From Nitrospiraceae bacterium (lineage in GTDB: Bacteria > Nitrospirota > Nitrospiria > Nitrospirales > Nitrospiraceae), in NCBI GenBank assembly GCA_050246315.1, contig JBFWWG010000005.1, positions 224,001-288,000 of the forward strand: 64,000 nucleotides of DNA. The letters are read 5' to 3'. Below the pieces are notes generated by a model. That model was not told where the DNA came from, did not search any database, and worked only from the letters and a program-made list of their open reading frames with translations. Position 1 is the stretch's first letter. Each line of letters starts with the position of its first letter. The position numbers were made by a program, and so were the translations under genes. Below are positions 39,905 through 48,330 of this stretch, in pieces.

Positions 39905-42123
39905 AACGGCATAATTGGCTCAGGGGTGCGACGGTCCTGGTGATGGTGGCAGGTGGCGCATCCTTGGCCCCAGGTGAAACGAGCCATGCGCAGACACAGG
40001 CCGAGGAACGGTCGCTCCCCTCCGACCTGAACATCACGTCATATCCAGACCGAGTGCGTGTCACGATAGCGGGGGTAATGAGGGACGAGGTCTACCAAGT
40101 TCGCAAGAGTTTGGTGCCCCCCGTAGTGTCCGTGGTTCTTCCCGGACATTCCTGGGGAGCCTCGGGCACGGAAGCCGTGGTGAATCAACGTCCCTTGGTC
40201 AAACTGATCCGCGAGGATATGGCCGCACCCATCAAGGGGGCGCGCATTGTTTTTCAACTTTCCGAACCGACGGAGCCGGACGTGACCCGTGAGGGAGACA
40301 GGCTGCATGTGGATTTCCCGGTCAACAAGACGTCCACCATGAAAGCGAGCGTGATTAAATCCGTCGAGGTGCGTCCTGACGATTCGGGGGCCCAAATCGT
40401 AGTGTCGGCCGATGGACGGGTCTCTCACGACGTACATCTCATTGATGGGAACCGGCTGGTCATTGATCTGCTGCACGTTGTGTCGGAGGCGGTCGCCCCG
40501 GTGGTCGAAAGCAAGGATCAGTTGATTCAGAAGGTCCGTCTCGGTCGGCACACGGAGAAGGTGCGACTGGTCGTAGATCTGGCAGAGCCAGTGGCGTACT
40601 CCGTGGAGCCCGTACCGAGCGGGCTGATCGTGCATGTTGCAGGAACGGCGATGAAGGCCGGCCTTCCTAAACCTCCATCACAAGAACCGGAACGAATTTC
40701 AGTATCCGGTGTATCCCCGGATACGGCCGTCCGGTCCGCTGCGACACTCAGCGCTGCGGTGCGAGCCGTTCCCGCCGTTCAGCAGCAGAGCAAGGGGATG
40801 ACCGTAAAGCCTCAACTGGCGCAATTGACCACCGGGCTCGATCCAAAAACTCAGGATGAGGTGGTGGTTGACCAGCCGCGCTTTGTGGGACGGCGGATCT
40901 CCCTCGATTTTCAAGCGGCCGAAATCAGCAACGTCCTGCGACTGATTGCAGAGGTCAGTGGCTTCAATATTGTGGTCGGTGAAGGGGTCAAATCAAAAGT
41001 GACGATGAAGCTGGCCAACGTGCCATGGGATCAAGCATTGGACATGTTGCTTCGTATGAACGGGCTCGGGATGATGAAGCAGGGCAACATCGTCTGGGTG
41101 GATAGCTTGCTGAATTTGTCCAAACAACAGGAAGAAGAGGCGAAGGCCAAGGAGGCCAAGAGCAAGGCGGAAGAAATTGTCACCCGCATTTTTTATCTGC
41201 GGAATATTCCTGCACAGGAGGTGGTGACCTCGTTGCGGCAATATCTGAGTCCCCGGGGGCAGATGCAATTCAACAATGCGAGCAATGCGGTCATTGTCCG
41301 AGACATCGAGTCTAGAATTGGAATGTTCCGGCAGCTTGTCGATGGCATCGATCTGCAACTGCCGCAGGTAGAGATCGAAGCGCGGGTGGTTCAGGCCAAT
41401 ACGAACTACACCCGTTCCCTCGGCATTCAGTGGGGATTTCAAAATGTGAACACCCTCGGATCCTCGAACGGAGTCGCCAACTTTAGAGCGGGCACCACGG
41501 GGTCCTTCGGTCAGCCGGTGAGCGATTTCCTGGTGAATCTGCCGGCGACGGTGGCCGGTCTCCAGCCCATCCCGGCGGTCGGATTTCAATTCGGCAAGAC
41601 CGACGGTGCCTTGTTGGATCTTCGTCTCTCCGCGGGCGAGGCCCTGGGATTGACCAAGGTCATCGCCTCCCCGAAGATCACGACGTTGGATAACCGGGAG
41701 GCTAAGATTTCGCAGGGCGAGTCAATACCCTTTCAAACCGTCTCGTTGCAGGGCACCCAGACCACCTTCGTGGACGCGAACCTCGAGTTACAGGTGACGC
41801 CGCAGATCACCTCGCGCGATCCGAACGAGGTGACCAAGCGGATCATGCTCAAGGTTCGAGCCACCAGGAATGCGGTCGGCGCGCGCAGCAATCCTGCGGG
41901 TCCCAGCATCGACAAGCGGGAGGCTCAAACTCAGGTCTTGGTTCGCGACGGTGAGACGATGGTGATCGGCGGTGTCTACGTCGATCAACAACAGAATAAC
42001 GTCAACGGCGTGCCCTATCTCTCGCGAATCCCAGTGCTCGGCTGGCTATTCAAGAATAAAGTGGAAGACATTGCAAGACAGGAGCTGCTGATCTTTCTTA
42101 CGCCGAACATCGTGAAAAGCTGA
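39901..42123 (+). CDS. pilQ: Type IV pilus secretin PilQ (N-terminal AMIN-like domains)
   Basis: ISLDFQ, VPWDQALD, QVEIEARVV, VPYLSRIPVLGWLFK, ELLIFLTP. Confidence 0.96.
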   Translation: MKRHNWLRGATVLVMVAGGASLAPGETSHAQTQAEERSLPSDLNITSYPDRVRVTIAGVMRDEVYQVRKSLVPPVVSVVLPGHSWGASGTEAVVNQRPLVKLIREDMAAPIKGARIVFQLSEPTEPDVTREGDRLHVDFPVNKTSTMKASVIKSVEVRPDDSGAQIVVSADGRVSHDVHLIDGNRLVIDLLHVVSEAVAPVVESKDQLIQKVRLGRHTEKVRLVVDLAEPVAYSVEPVPSGLIVHVAGTAMKAGLPKPPSQEPERISVSGVSPDTAVRSAATLSAAVRAVPAVQQQSKGMTVKPQLAQLTTGLDPKTQDEVVVDQPRFVGRRISLDFQAAEISNVLRLIAEVSGFNIVVGEGVKSKVTMKLANVPWDQALDMLLRMNGLGMMKQGNIVWVDSLLNLSKQQEEEAKAKEAKSKAEEIVTRIFYLRNIPAQEVVTSLRQYLSPRGQMQFNNASNAVIVRDIESRIGMFRQLVDGIDLQLPQVEIEARVVQANTNYTRSLGIQWGFQNVNTLGSSNGVANFRAGTTGSFGQPVSDFLVNLPATVAGLQPIPAVGFQFGKTDGALLDLRLSAGEALGLTKVIASPKITTLDNREAKISQGESIPFQTVSLQGTQTTFVDANLELQVTPQITSRDPNEVTKRIMLKVRATRNAVGARSNPAGPSIDKREAQTQVLVRDGETMVIGGVYVDQQQNNVNGVPYLSRIPVLGWLFKNKVEDIARQELLIFLTPNIVKS

Positions 42124-42415
42124 TGCGAACAAGCACAGACGTCGGCCTGCCTTCACGCGAATCCGCCTCATCCACGCGACCGATCTAATACACCCTCTCC
42201 AGTCCGAACCGTTTGTGTCTCTACCTTGAGATTCGGTGTGTGCCGAGACCCGCCCTTACAGCGGTATCGGCCTTTTAGTTGTCCGCGATCCTATGGTACT
42301 ATCGCGCTATCTCGCCTGCCCGGCGGCCGGATGGCATTTCCGAAGCGTCCCACAAACAGAGCGTGTGCTTCTCGACCAGGGTGGTTGGGTGTATCTGGCG
42401 AGCGCGGTCATTGAT

Positions 42416-43531
42416 ATGTCGGCTAGAACACCATCATGTTCCGAGCAACTCACCGTCTCCCTTGGGGAGCGGACCTATCCGATAGTGATCCAACCCGGAT
42501 TGTTGGATGAGATAGGCCGTCGCCTCAATGAGCTGGGTGCAACGGGAAAGGTGGGGTTGGTTAGCGATCAGACCGTCGCGCGCCTATATGCACGCCGGGT
42601 GACCGCGGCGCTCCGGAGAGAAGGGTACCCTGTGCGCCTCATCACAGTTCCGTCCGGCGAACGGGCAAAGTCGCTTAACTGGATGGGGAAAGTGTTGGAT
42701 ATTCTGGTCAAGGAGCGATTTGAGCGTGGATCCTATCTTGTCGCATTGGGCGGCGGGGTGGTCGGCGATCTCACAGGCTTCGCCGCCTCAGCCTATCTGC
42801 GGGGAGTGCCGTTTGTCCAGGTTCCGACCACGGTCATTGCGCAGGTTGATTCAAGCGTCGGCGGCAAGACCGGGGTCAATCATCGATTGGGGAAAAACCT
42901 TATCGGCTCGTTCTATCAACCGCGGGCGGTCCTGATCGATCCGACGACCCTTCAGACTCTTCCAGCCCGAGAGGTCCGAGCGGGCCTTGCCGAGGTCATT
43001 AAGTACGGGGTGATTGCCGATGCGGATTTCTTTTGCTACTTAGAGGAGCAGGTCGCGGCCGTCCGGACGTTGGATCAGGCGGCGATCGCCTGGGTCATTC
43101 GGAGATCGTGTGAAATCAAAGCAGAGGTGGTCGGGGCGGATGAACGGGAAGGGGGTCGTCGGAGGATACTCAACTACGGCCATACCGTCGGCCATGCGCT
43201 GGAAGCGCTTGGAGCCTATCGATCGCTGGTGCATGGAGAGGCGGTGGCGATTGGGATGGTGGCGGAAGCCTCGCTCGCGGTCCAGTTGGGACATTGTCAG
43301 CCGAATGTGCCCGAGCGGCTGCGTGCGCTGGTGCAGGCGGCAGGCCTGCCGTATCGTCTTCCACGGATTGCGATAGCGAAAATGTGGACTGCGATGCAGC
43401 ACGACAAGAAGGTGCACCAAGGAACGGTCTATGGCGTGTGGCCAGTTCGCATCGGGGAAGTTCGGATCGCGCCCTTGCGGCGGGAGCAGTTTCGACGATG
43501 GTTCGGTCTCGTGGAGAAGGTGCATGCGTAA
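42416..43531 (+). CDS. aroB: 3-dehydroquinate synthase
   Basis: GGGVVGDLTGF, QVDSSVGGKTG, LNYGHTVGHALE, HGEAVAIG, HDKK. Confidence 0.97.
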   Translation: MSARTPSCSEQLTVSLGERTYPIVIQPGLLDEIGRRLNELGATGKVGLVSDQTVARLYARRVTAALRREGYPVRLITVPSGERAKSLNWMGKVLDILVKERFERGSYLVALGGGVVGDLTGFAASAYLRGVPFVQVPTTVIAQVDSSVGGKTGVNHRLGKNLIGSFYQPRAVLIDPTTLQTLPAREVRAGLAEVIKYGVIADADFFCYLEEQVAAVRTLDQAAIAWVIRRSCEIKAEVVGADEREGGRRRILNYGHTVGHALEALGAYRSLVHGEAVAIGMVAEASLAVQLGHCQPNVPERLRALVQAAGLPYRLPRIAIAKMWTAMQHDKKVHQGTVYGVWPVRIGEVRIAPLRREQFRRWFGLVEKVHA

Positions 43532-43584
43532 CATCCGACCATTGCGGTCCCACCGTATCAGAAGCATGTGTCGCCGCTGCTCAT

Positions 43585-44856
43585 ATGAATAGAACCTCGC
43601 AGAACTCCACAGATCGCCTCCGGCAGGCTTTGCGGGAGAAATCGCGTGAAGTGGAGGTGCTTCATCGCATCAGTGATTCCATCAGCAACACGCTGGATCT
43701 CGAATCCGTCCTGAAACACATCGTGGATGTGGTGGTGGAAGTCACGAACGCCGACGCCTGCCTCCTGTATTTGTTGTCGACCGGCAAGGATGAACTGGTG
43801 CTTCGCGCGTCCAAGAATCCCCACCCGAGGTTGATCGGCCGCATTACCCTCGGTTTGGGCGAAGGCATCACGGGCTGGGTGGCTCGGGAGCGCACGAGCG
43901 TGGTGATCCCCAACAACGCAAGCGACGACACCCGGTTCAAGGTATTTCACAACCTACCTGAAGATCGGTACCAGGCGTTCGTGTCGGTGCCGATACTGAC
44001 GAAGAAGGAAGTGGTGGGTGTCATCAATGTCCAACACAAGCGTCCCCGCCGCTATCAGGCGGACGAGTTGGCGCTCCTGACGACGATCGCCAACCAAGTG
44101 GGCGGGGCCATCGAGAACGCGCGGCTCTATGATGAAATGCGGAGGAAAGTCCTGCAGGTGGATACCCTCTCTCAGGTCTCGGAAACGGTGACGTCCAACC
44201 GGTTGATTGAGGATATCTTTCAGTTGATCGTTGCCATGGTCGCGCAATTGATGAACTCCAAGATTTGCTCGATCATGCTCTTAGACCACGGCAAAGGTGA
44301 ACTGCGCATCGTGGCCACACAGAGTTTGAGCGAGGCCTACCGCCGGAAGCCGAACCTGAAGATCGGCCAAAGTATCAGTGGCCGGGCCGTGCAGGAACGC
44401 CGTCCCATCATCGTGCCGGACGTAACCAAAGAACACGACTATATGTTCCCGGATATCGCCAAGAAGGAAGGGCTCTGCTCACTGCTGTCCGTGCCCATGC
44501 TGGTAAGGGAGAAGGCGCTTGGTGTGATCAATACCTACACGTCGGTCCCCCACCACTTCACAGTTGAAGAAACCAAAGTTGTGCAAGCCATTGCCAATCA
44601 AGCCGCGATCGCCATCGAGCATACAACGTTGCTCGACAAGTCGTTTGAAATGCAAGAAGCGTTGGCGGTGCGGAAGGTTGTGGAGCGTGCCAAGGGTTAC
44701 CTGATGCGAACGCGAAGATTGAGCGAGGAGGAAGCCTTCCGCCTGATTCAGCGTCAAAGCATGACCTTGCGTAAATCGATGCGCGAAGTCGCCGAGGCGA
44801 TTCTTCTCGCCGGGGAGATCGAGGAACAGGCTGCCGGAGGACGCAAGCTCCCATAA
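43585..44856 (+). CDS. GAF-GAF-ANTAR RNA-binding antitermination regulator
   Basis: Two GAF repeats (GEGITGWVA...SVPI...VGVINV; GQSISGRAV...SVPM...GVINTY) and C-terminal ANTAR (RKVVERAKGYLM...LSEEEAFRLIQRQSM...MREVAEAI); start uncertain. Confidence 0.92.
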   Translation: MNRTSQNSTDRLRQALREKSREVEVLHRISDSISNTLDLESVLKHIVDVVVEVTNADACLLYLLSTGKDELVLRASKNPHPRLIGRITLGLGEGITGWVARERTSVVIPNNASDDTRFKVFHNLPEDRYQAFVSVPILTKKEVVGVINVQHKRPRRYQADELALLTTIANQVGGAIENARLYDEMRRKVLQVDTLSQVSETVTSNRLIEDIFQLIVAMVAQLMNSKICSIMLLDHGKGELRIVATQSLSEAYRRKPNLKIGQSISGRAVQERRPIIVPDVTKEHDYMFPDIAKKEGLCSLLSVPMLVREKALGVINTYTSVPHHFTVEETKVVQAIANQAAIAIEHTTLLDKSFEMQEALAVRKVVERAKGYLMRTRRLSEEEAFRLIQRQSMTLRKSMREVAEAILLAGEIEEQAAGGRKLP

Positions 44857-44863
44857 CCCACAT

Positions 44864-45770
44864 CTATGCTTCTCCGGTTTCCTCCACAGGCTCCAATAGG
44901 TAGTATGCCGGCCATGCCGTGACCGGACTTTCCGGGGACATTCGGAGAGTTTCAGAGGCGTCTTGCCGACGAGAATACCTGCCGACTCTATCTGGTCGAG
45001 TCGCGCTGGCCCGATGGCTTCCGGTGTCCCCCGTGCGGCTCTGCGGCAGCGCTTGAGCTGCCAGCGTGGCTGCTGTGGTGCTGCCAGAGGTGCGGTCGGG
45101 AGACGTCGGTGACGGCCGATACGGTGCTACACCGAACGCGACTCCCGCTGACCCAGTGATTCTGGGGCAGCTACCTGGTCATGACCCACAGGACGGATTT
45201 GTCGGCACTCCATCTGCTACGACAACTGGGGATCGGCCGTTACGAGACGGCCTGGGTGATGCTCCAGAAACTCGGGCAGGCCATGGTGTGGCTCCACCGC
45301 GAGCGTTTCGACAAGGCGTTCGTGGTCGGGGCTGTGGATGTGCACGGACTCGCTTCTGGCTGGGTCCGCCTCCAGGTCATTCCTGACGCCTTGGCGCCGT
45401 CCCTGACCGGCTTCGTCACGCGGGACATGGAGCCGGGCATCATCGTCGTTACCGATGGATGATCAGGATACGCGCCGCTCTCCGAGCTAGGATACCGGCA
45501 TCGTCCACGCCCTCAGCGGGAGCCGGAACTCGCCGAAAAGATCCACCCACGAGCTCACCGTGTCTTCGGGAATCTGAAAACTCAGCTGCGCGGGACTCAC
45601 AACGCGGTCGGACACCAACATCTCCAGGCGTACCTGGACGAATTCACCTTCCGCTTCAATCGGCGCCGGACTCCGGCGGCCGCCTTTCAATCCCTGCTCG
45701 GCCTCGGGCGCCAGCGATCAGCCACGACCTGCGACCAGTTGTATGCGGTGGAGTCAACCGGATAAGCATG
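44864..45770 (+). mobile_element. Decayed IS1595-family insertion sequence
   Basis: Imperfect TIRs ATGCTTCTCCGGTTTCCTCCAC (44866-87) / GTGGAGTCAACCGGATAAGCAT (45748-69), 19/22 match; 8-bp direct repeat ACCCACAT at 44856-63 and 45771-78. Confidence 0.9.
44905..45765 (+). pseudogene. IS1595-family (ISXO2-like) transposase pseudogene
   Basis: Single frame with RWPDGFRCPPCG/CQRC Zn ribbon, YETAW.MLQK, VVTDG, NLK..LRGTH, YLDEFTFRFNRR. In-frame TGA at 44920, 45157 and 45460; the EVDE catalytic segment appears deleted. Confidence 0.9.
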
Positions 45771-45871
45771 ACCCACATGAATCATGACGGTTCGTGACGT
45801 TTCACCCGTTGCTCTTCGAGCGCAACGTGCTGCACGGCGGCTGCATTGGAAGCGGTCATGAATAATACGGA

Positions 45872-46918
45872 CTAGCGCTTCGTGGATTCCTGTCCGGATG
45901 CAGGGGGCGCGGTTCGCGGCGACTGTTTTCGGGATCCGGAGGACCCGCGCTGTTGGATCGTCAGCTCTTTCAGCTCTTGCTTCAGCTGGCTGATCTCACT
46001 CCGCATCCGTTCAAGTTCCAGATCTTTCCTCACCACCAAGTCCTTCAGTTCGCGGACCTCTTCGACCGTGGGGGCCGCCGCCGAGGGGAGTGATTCCGAG
46101 AGGCCGGCCGTGGGAACTGGGGCGGAGACTGGTGGGTCCGCCACTCGAGGAAGGGCTTGGTAGTCCACGGCCACCGATGGCAGATCGGCCGGCAACGGTA
46201 ACACCACCGGACGAGACAGATCCGTCCGTAGGGCGGAGGCCGGCGAGAATAGCAGCGTCCGGCCGGCGAGGTCTTTTGAGTAGGCCTGAGTAGAGTCAAT
46301 CGCACGGAGCGGGTCGGGGCGGCCGCGGTATATGGTTAAGATGATGTGCAGGGTCCGCGAACGCACGTACAGGGCGCCTGCGGTTTCTTCCGCTGTCGGG
46401 CCGATCCGTGATTGCGCTGCATCGATGTCTGCGGAAGATCCCCGGCTGGATGAAGAATTGACGGATGAGGTCAAGATCCGAAAGCTGACAAACTGATCGG
46501 CTGTGGCCGAGGAGAGGGCGGTGCTGATCAGCGGAGCAAGAAACTGCGCATCGTCGGGAGAAAGGACCGGAATGACGGGTTGCCGGTCGTTTGTAGTGCC
46601 AGGCGTGGTGTTCGATCTCTGCTGCCCAAGCGAAAGGCCGCTCAAACTGGCCTGAATGACCGAGGATTCCAGAATGATCGGGTGAGAAGCCTGGAGGCCG
46701 GTCACCGATCGAAATCCGGCGGTGGAGCCCCGTTGGGGAACAGTTTCAAGGATGATGGATCCTCTTGGTCCGTCGTACAGCATGATTGGCTTCGGCGACA
46801 ACAGTCCGCAGCCGGTCATGTGGGCGACGAGGCAGGTCATCACCATCAGGATGGCCCGAGGGAGAAGAGGATGATCCTTCTGTGAGCGGGTTTGAGTGCG
46901 GATACCCAACTGATTCAT
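45872..46918 (-). CDS. Uncharacterised lipoprotein with C-terminal coiled coil
   Basis: Hydrophobic stretch plus lipobox-like MTGC; ASHPI; heptad ELKDLVVRKDLELERMRSEI; paralog of the neighbouring gene; start uncertain. Confidence 0.7.
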   Translation of the reverse strand: MNQLGIRTQTRSQKDHPLLPRAILMVMTCLVAHMTGCGLLSPKPIMLYDGPRGSIILETVPQRGSTAGFRSVTGLQASHPIILESSVIQASLSGLSLGQQRSNTTPGTTNDRQPVIPVLSPDDAQFLAPLISTALSSATADQFVSFRILTSSVNSSSSRGSSADIDAAQSRIGPTAEETAGALYVRSRTLHIILTIYRGRPDPLRAIDSTQAYSKDLAGRTLLFSPASALRTDLSRPVVLPLPADLPSVAVDYQALPRVADPPVSAPVPTAGLSESLPSAAAPTVEEVRELKDLVVRKDLELERMRSEISQLKQELKELTIQQRGSSGSRKQSPRTAPPASGQESTKR

Positions 46919-47046
46919 AGCGTTCCGAGAATCGACGGTGCAAACCGACGTCCGAACGCAGGCTCTCTTCGGATGAAGGACCGAGGTGCCTTCACAGGAG
47001 GCAAGGGCAAACAGACGGTTGCAGGAAGGGAGCTGATGCCGGATCA

Positions 47047-47988
47047 TCATTCACGCGGCCTCGATGTGGGTTGTTTCAACTCTTGCCGGATCGATTCCAC
47101 CTCCTTTTTCAAGGCGTCGATCTCTTCGTTCTTCTTGTTCAGGTCGGTACGAATCTGTTGCAACTCCTGTTCGTCGTCGGCTGTCGGCTGGCGCTGGTCC
47201 TTCAACTCTCCTGCTCTGTCGGACGCTGGTCCCCCGGCTGTCGCCGATCCGGCAGCGGCCGATCCATCGGTGCCCGGCAGTGTGGCGAGCATTTCGTAAT
47301 CAATCACAAACGTTGTGTCGGGTGTCGCACCGAACAGTCTGTGCTTTTTCTGGTGGTTCGGTTTCAATGCTGCGTCAGGCACAAAAGCCAAGACCTTATC
47401 CCCTAGGCCGGATGTATCCGGCACACGGCGATTAGCCATGTTGATGGAATCGGCTCGCTCAGCTCGCTTCCGATAACGGGACACCGTGAGGCGCAGGGCA
47501 CCATCAGTAACCAACAGATGGCCGGATGTGGTTTCGAGCAGGGTTGATTCGGCGAGCGGTGGTTCGGAGGAGCCAACTCCCGCTCCTCCCCGGCTGGCAT
47601 AGGACAGGGTTGCAGGATAGTTGTGCACCCGAAATCCGACTTGCTGATCAGGAGCAGCCTGAGCCAACGCGCTCGAAATATAGGGGGCGATAAATCGGAT
47701 GTCCTCGTCAGAGAAGGCCCGTTGTCCCGGAGGGGTCTTGGCAAACACCCGCTGCATCGTCGTCGATTCTTCTCGCGCGATGACCCCCTGAAGAGCCCGC
47801 GTAATCAACTCCGCATCCAGCCGGATCGGATGAGCGGCTTGAAATGAACGGTCGGGATTGCGCTCCAGATAGACCGCCCCCTTAGGGGCCTCGTGAATCA
47901 TGAAATCGATATCCGAGGTTGTGGCGCACCCGAATGTGAGCAGGCATGAGACGACCAAGGTTGCAACGGGGATTGATCGCGGCGTCAT
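47047..47988 (-). CDS. Uncharacterised lipoprotein with C-terminal coiled coil
   Basis: Signal peptide plus TFGC lipobox; AAHPI; heptad LNKKNEEIDALKKEVESI; alternative start 48027. Confidence 0.75.
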   Translation of the reverse strand: MTPRSIPVATLVVSCLLTFGCATTSDIDFMIHEAPKGAVYLERNPDRSFQAAHPIRLDAELITRALQGVIAREESTTMQRVFAKTPPGQRAFSDEDIRFIAPYISSALAQAAPDQQVGFRVHNYPATLSYASRGGAGVGSSEPPLAESTLLETTSGHLLVTDGALRLTVSRYRKRAERADSINMANRRVPDTSGLGDKVLAFVPDAALKPNHQKKHRLFGATPDTTFVIDYEMLATLPGTDGSAAAGSATAGGPASDRAGELKDQRQPTADDEQELQQIRTDLNKKNEEIDALKKEVESIRQELKQPTSRPRE

Positions 47989-48114
47989 GGATGCCAGTCC
48001 TTTATGGCGGTTTTTCGGTGGCCACATGGTGATGGGCGGCAGTGTAGCACAGGACCTGCGTCCCTCCTACTGGGTCGAGACGGGGCCGGCCTCGATACAT
48101 TGGGAGAAAGACTC

Positions 48115-48144
48115 TTGACAGATTTCTCTCAAAACGCCTATAAA
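48115..48144 (+). promoter_or_regulatory. Sigma70 promoter of the urea operon
   Basis: TTGACA (48115-20), 18-nt spacer, TATAAA (48139-44). Confidence 0.7.
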
Positions 48145-48169
48145 CCTTCTCCAGATCATTGTGGGGTCT

Positions 48170-48228
48170 TAGAACAACGAAGTTCTACGGTCCCTCAGCC
48201 TTAGTGAGCGAAGGACAATGGCGTCCTT
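48170..48228 (+). promoter_or_regulatory. ANTAR-binding dual hairpin RNA element (urea operon leader)
   Basis: P1 TAGAAC-AACGAA-GTTCTA (48170-87); P2 AAGGAC-AATGGC-GTCCTT (48211-28); hexaloops with A1/G4 and C-G closing pair. Confidence 0.88.
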
Positions 48229-48268
48229 TTGGTCCATGACAATAATGGACCGGAAGGGCGTTTTTTTT
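48222..48268 (+). terminator. Intrinsic leader terminator (attenuator) overlapping P2
   Basis: 16-bp stem CGTCCTTTTGGTCCAT / ATGGACCGGAAGGGCG (3 G-U pairs) plus T8. Confidence 0.9.
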
Positions 48269-48330
48269 GTCCTACGCCCCTCCGGTCTTCTCACATCCGC
48301 CGGTGAGATGAGCAGACGAGGAGGGATGAC

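Noticed and set aside
43536..43550. Hairpin GACC-ATTGC-GGTC upstream of the ANTAR gene as an autoregulatory site
   Set aside because: 5-nt loop, no second hairpin and no terminator.
43294..43584. Longer starts for the ANTAR gene (likewise ureC 56512, urtD 53701, aroB 42236, rpsM 28130, infA 27544)
   Set aside because: ORF-caller extensions into upstream genes or spacers; conserved sequence starts later.
44905..45765. Three TGA stops in one frame as possible recoding (Trp or Sec)
   Set aside because: TGA is a normal stop in many genes here (rpoB, rpoC, fusA). The stops fit TGG/CGA transitions in a decaying transposase.
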